Shown here one piece after another: positions 61,101-64,000 of a stretch of 64,000 bases of DNA (within the stretch, counting starts at the first letter, position 1; every line of letters starts with the position of its first letter). Source of the stretch: Thalia democratica (Eukaryota); NCBI GenBank assembly GCA_965202585.1, contig OZ241831.1, positions 31,000,001 to 31,064,000 of the forward strand, given 5' to 3'. Made by a program: the position numbers and the translations under genes. The notes beneath the pieces were generated by a model. The model was not told the origin of the DNA. It saw nothing but the letters and a program-made list of their open reading frames with translations, and did no database searches.

Positions 61101-62540
61101 CATATCTATACATAAATATTCAAAACCAAGGATACTAATCAAGTTTAAATTTTTTTTACACTAAAAACTTTAAAGGAATTTTTGTAAAGAACTGCAACAC
61201 CTCCACCCCTACTTATCCTATCGTTCAGGACAATATTATAATTACGAGGACAAATAACGGCATCGTTGACTTTAGGAGTTAACCATGTTTCGGTTAAAAA
61301 AAATAAATTAATATCTTCGTATATAAATAATTTTGTAAAATATCAACTTTATTTAAAACAGATCGTATATTAGTATAAAAAATCTTTAAATTACTGTTAA
61401 TATAACTATTAAAAGAAGACTGATTAGTCTTATAAAAACTAGCAGATAGATTAACTTTTTTATAAAAAATTAAAAGGTCTGACTTACAGTCTATTCTATT
61501 AATCTCAAAGTTTCTGGGCATCATATCGAAAAAGATGATTTGTAGCTTCCATTATTTTATTGTTCTTTATCACGTATTTTATATTGAGATTATTTTGTTC
61601 TACCATAGCTTGTTTTCTTTTTAATTCTTCTCGTAGCTTCTTAAAAATTTTTAGTTGTTCAATGGTTCGATCCGGATTTATGTATATTTTAACTTCAAAC
61701 TCATGTGTCACATATTTGAGATTTCTCAACTTAATCAGTCTTTCTATAGCTTTTGTGTCATTGAGTTTTACAATTATAGCTCTGACTTTTCCAACTTCAA
61801 GTTTACCTATACGGTATAAAGATTTTAGTTCATGTTTTCGATTTTATTTTCACCTAATATTTCTTGTAGGACTTTGAAACCTTTCTAACAGCTATCAAAT
61901 TGACATTGTAAAGGAACACTTTTATTTTCAGAAATATTAAACACGATGATATTCATTTTTTTCTTTTCAATCTGTTTCTGTTCGGTATCAGCATATGTTT
62001 TATCTTTAACAACATCAAGTTTACTGCTTATGTCGGTAAGAATTTCAACTGGCTTTTTTTGACAATATCAGCATAAATTTCAAATTTTACTTTAAAACTG
62101 TTGAATCTGTTCACGAATTCTGTTTTAAAATCCGTTAAGCTTTTTTACAAAAGGTTCATTTTTATTTTAAAAGAAGTAACTTCTATTTGATAATTTTTGC
62201 ATTCATCATTTTGTAAGTTTAGAATTTTTTCTTCTAACCTTTCACTTTTTTCTGCATAGTCAGCTTTTAAATCATGTATGTCAGTTTTTAGCAAATCTAG
62301 CTCCACATCCTTTGATTTAGCGAAATTAATAAGCTTTTCCTTAAGGACTTTGCCAATTTTTGCTGACTCGACTATGCAGCGGATTTGAGATTCAGCTGTT
62401 TACATAGTTTATTTACAAAATTTACAACAAAAATCTTATTGAAATAGAATTAAAGATTTAAAGGCATGGTTAAGATTTAAGTATAATATAAATAATGAGC
62501 TTGACACAACCAACGACAACAGCAACCGAGACAACATACA
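58150..62540 (-). mobile_element. CR1/L2-type LINE copy 2, near full length but decayed
   Basis: ORF1 from ATG 62405 (M*TAESQIRCIVESAKIGKVLKEKL, matching copy 1) to TGA 61505. ORF2 fragments with YTNIRS, VYLPP, CDHNL, YTDIKKAFDSVSH, SGVPQG, FADDAK. Many stops and frameshifts. Boundaries approximate. Confidence 0.9.
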
Positions 62541-64000
62541 ATCGGTTCCGTCCCGAGAAACCGCTGTTGTGATCTTACTAAGCGGGCTTAAGTACAAAGT
62601 ACTGAACATATTGGATTAGACTATGAAGATATTGGCCGAAATAGATATTGGTCAAGAGTTAAGGAACGCTTTTTTAAATTTTAACATAAATAAGTTTAAA
62701 AAACGAGATTAGTCTAAAAGTCTTAAAAGCACATAATAAAAAAAAGAATGTTTGAAACCTACGATACATAAAACTAACACTTAGATTAAATCTGAAATGA
62801 TATTTTAAAGGTTGTAGACACAGAGATTTCACAAAAAAAAGTTTTCCAAAAGCATTAATGTAACCATTAAAAAGTTGCTTGTTTGAAAAAAAAAAGCGAA
62901 ATAAGCTAAAAAGTATTCAGTACAAATAAAATAAACTAACATTGTTTCGGACTCTCCACCCTTGTAGTTTTATTATTTATAAAAAATAACTGTGGTATTA
63001 TTTTGCAATCGTTATATTTATGACAAGCACGTTTTGTTGTACTTTTTAAATAGTTTTTTAAGTGCTGCAATTAGATATTTTTGTTAAATTAATCATATTT
63101 AAATGGTAAGCATGAGTTAAGTAGGTAAAAAAATAAACAGTAAATTAGTTATTACTCTTTTAAACTTACATTGTGGATAAAAATAAGTTATCGGCTCTTC
63201 CTTTTTAATATAAAAACTGTCTTTGTTTTTTTCTGAGGAGTTTTCGTCAATCACAATAAATTATTATATTTTGCGTAAGCAGGCTTTAAATTCTTTTTTT
63301 TTCGAGATTTCTCTCCGTATTTAACATTTCCTGTTTTTACTTAACTACGATCTTTTCAGTTATAATATTTAAGTTTTCAAGTTTATAAAAACTTATTTTT
63401 TTCTCCAATTGTATATTCAGATATTTCAAACATTTTGTCAGAATCAAAACCTCTAAGTGTTGTCAGATCAACATAGATTCTTCATTTATTTGTAATTTAC
63501 ATTTTTGTAACAATCTATGTCTGAGATTTTTTAAGGTTCAGTAAGAACAACAAATTTGGTTTTTCTATAATTTCTTTGGCTTCCTCACATTTTCGATTTA
63601 ATTAATTTACTTTTGCTAATAACTTCAGAATTAGAAAAGTTCTCAGCAGAGTCTTATTTCAATTTTATTAAGTTTTATTTTCGCGTATTTTCTTTTTAAT
63701 AAATTTTCTTCAAACTTCTTTTTACTACTACTTTATTTCAACTTATTATTAATTGTTACGAAGTAGAAGCTTATAATGGTCACTGAATGCGTTAAATGTC
63801 TTTTAAACATTATGACAATGTAAGAAGGTGAATTATTTATTTTATTGAATCACATACTGCAAATATTGAACAATAATTAAAAAAAAAGTTTAGGTAAACT
63901 AATAAAAATGATAAAATTAGATAGTATTTATAACTTTAACATGGATAAGCTTTTAGATTTTAACTTTGTCATTTTTCTATTTATCATAGTTTATATAGAT

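Noticed and set aside
1-62540. Two same-orientation LINEs bracketing both genes as a composite element or recombination substrate
   Set aside because: The copies are clearly diverged subfamilies of different age; independent insertions are the simpler explanation.
63240-63720. K/E-rich - strand stretch resembling another LINE ORF1
   Set aside because: Too degraded to support without a search.

Overview
This is AT-rich animal (metazoan, probably invertebrate) genomic DNA; the species cannot be identified from the sequence. Two intron-containing genes on the + strand can be rebuilt exon by exon with GT-AG boundaries and consistent reading phase: a TRIM9/TRIM67-family E3 ligase (12 coding exons, 7667-16712, about 773 aa; RING, two B-boxes, coiled coil, COS, FN3, SPRY) and ZMYND8/RACK7 (21 coding exons, 37665-53963, about 1108 aa; PHD, bromodomain, PWWP, coiled coil, MYND). 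Two related CR1-type LINEs on the - strand bracket the window. The first (1 to ~3800) has an intact ORF1 and an ORF2 that is stop-free for 939 codons up to the window edge; the second (~58150-62540) is decayed. The 20-kb intergenic region and the introns hold many non-autonomous DNA transposons (hAT, Mutator-like, Kolobok-like), a 5'-inverted Penelope-like fragment and a dead transposase-like ORF. The best lead is the LINE ORF1/ORF2 junction: in the intact copy ORF2 has no AUG before its endonuclease domain and lies in the +1 frame, and both diverged copies carry an in-frame UUU_CGN motif (the PA-X/amalgavirus +1 frameshift signal) in the short overlap. This suggests programmed +1 frameshifting in a LINE. 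The host genes also show unusual splice signals: 17 of 30 donors are GTT, many acceptors lack a pyrimidine tract, and third-position GC swings from about 30% to 95% between exons of one gene. All coordinates and counts were made by hand; no database searches were run.
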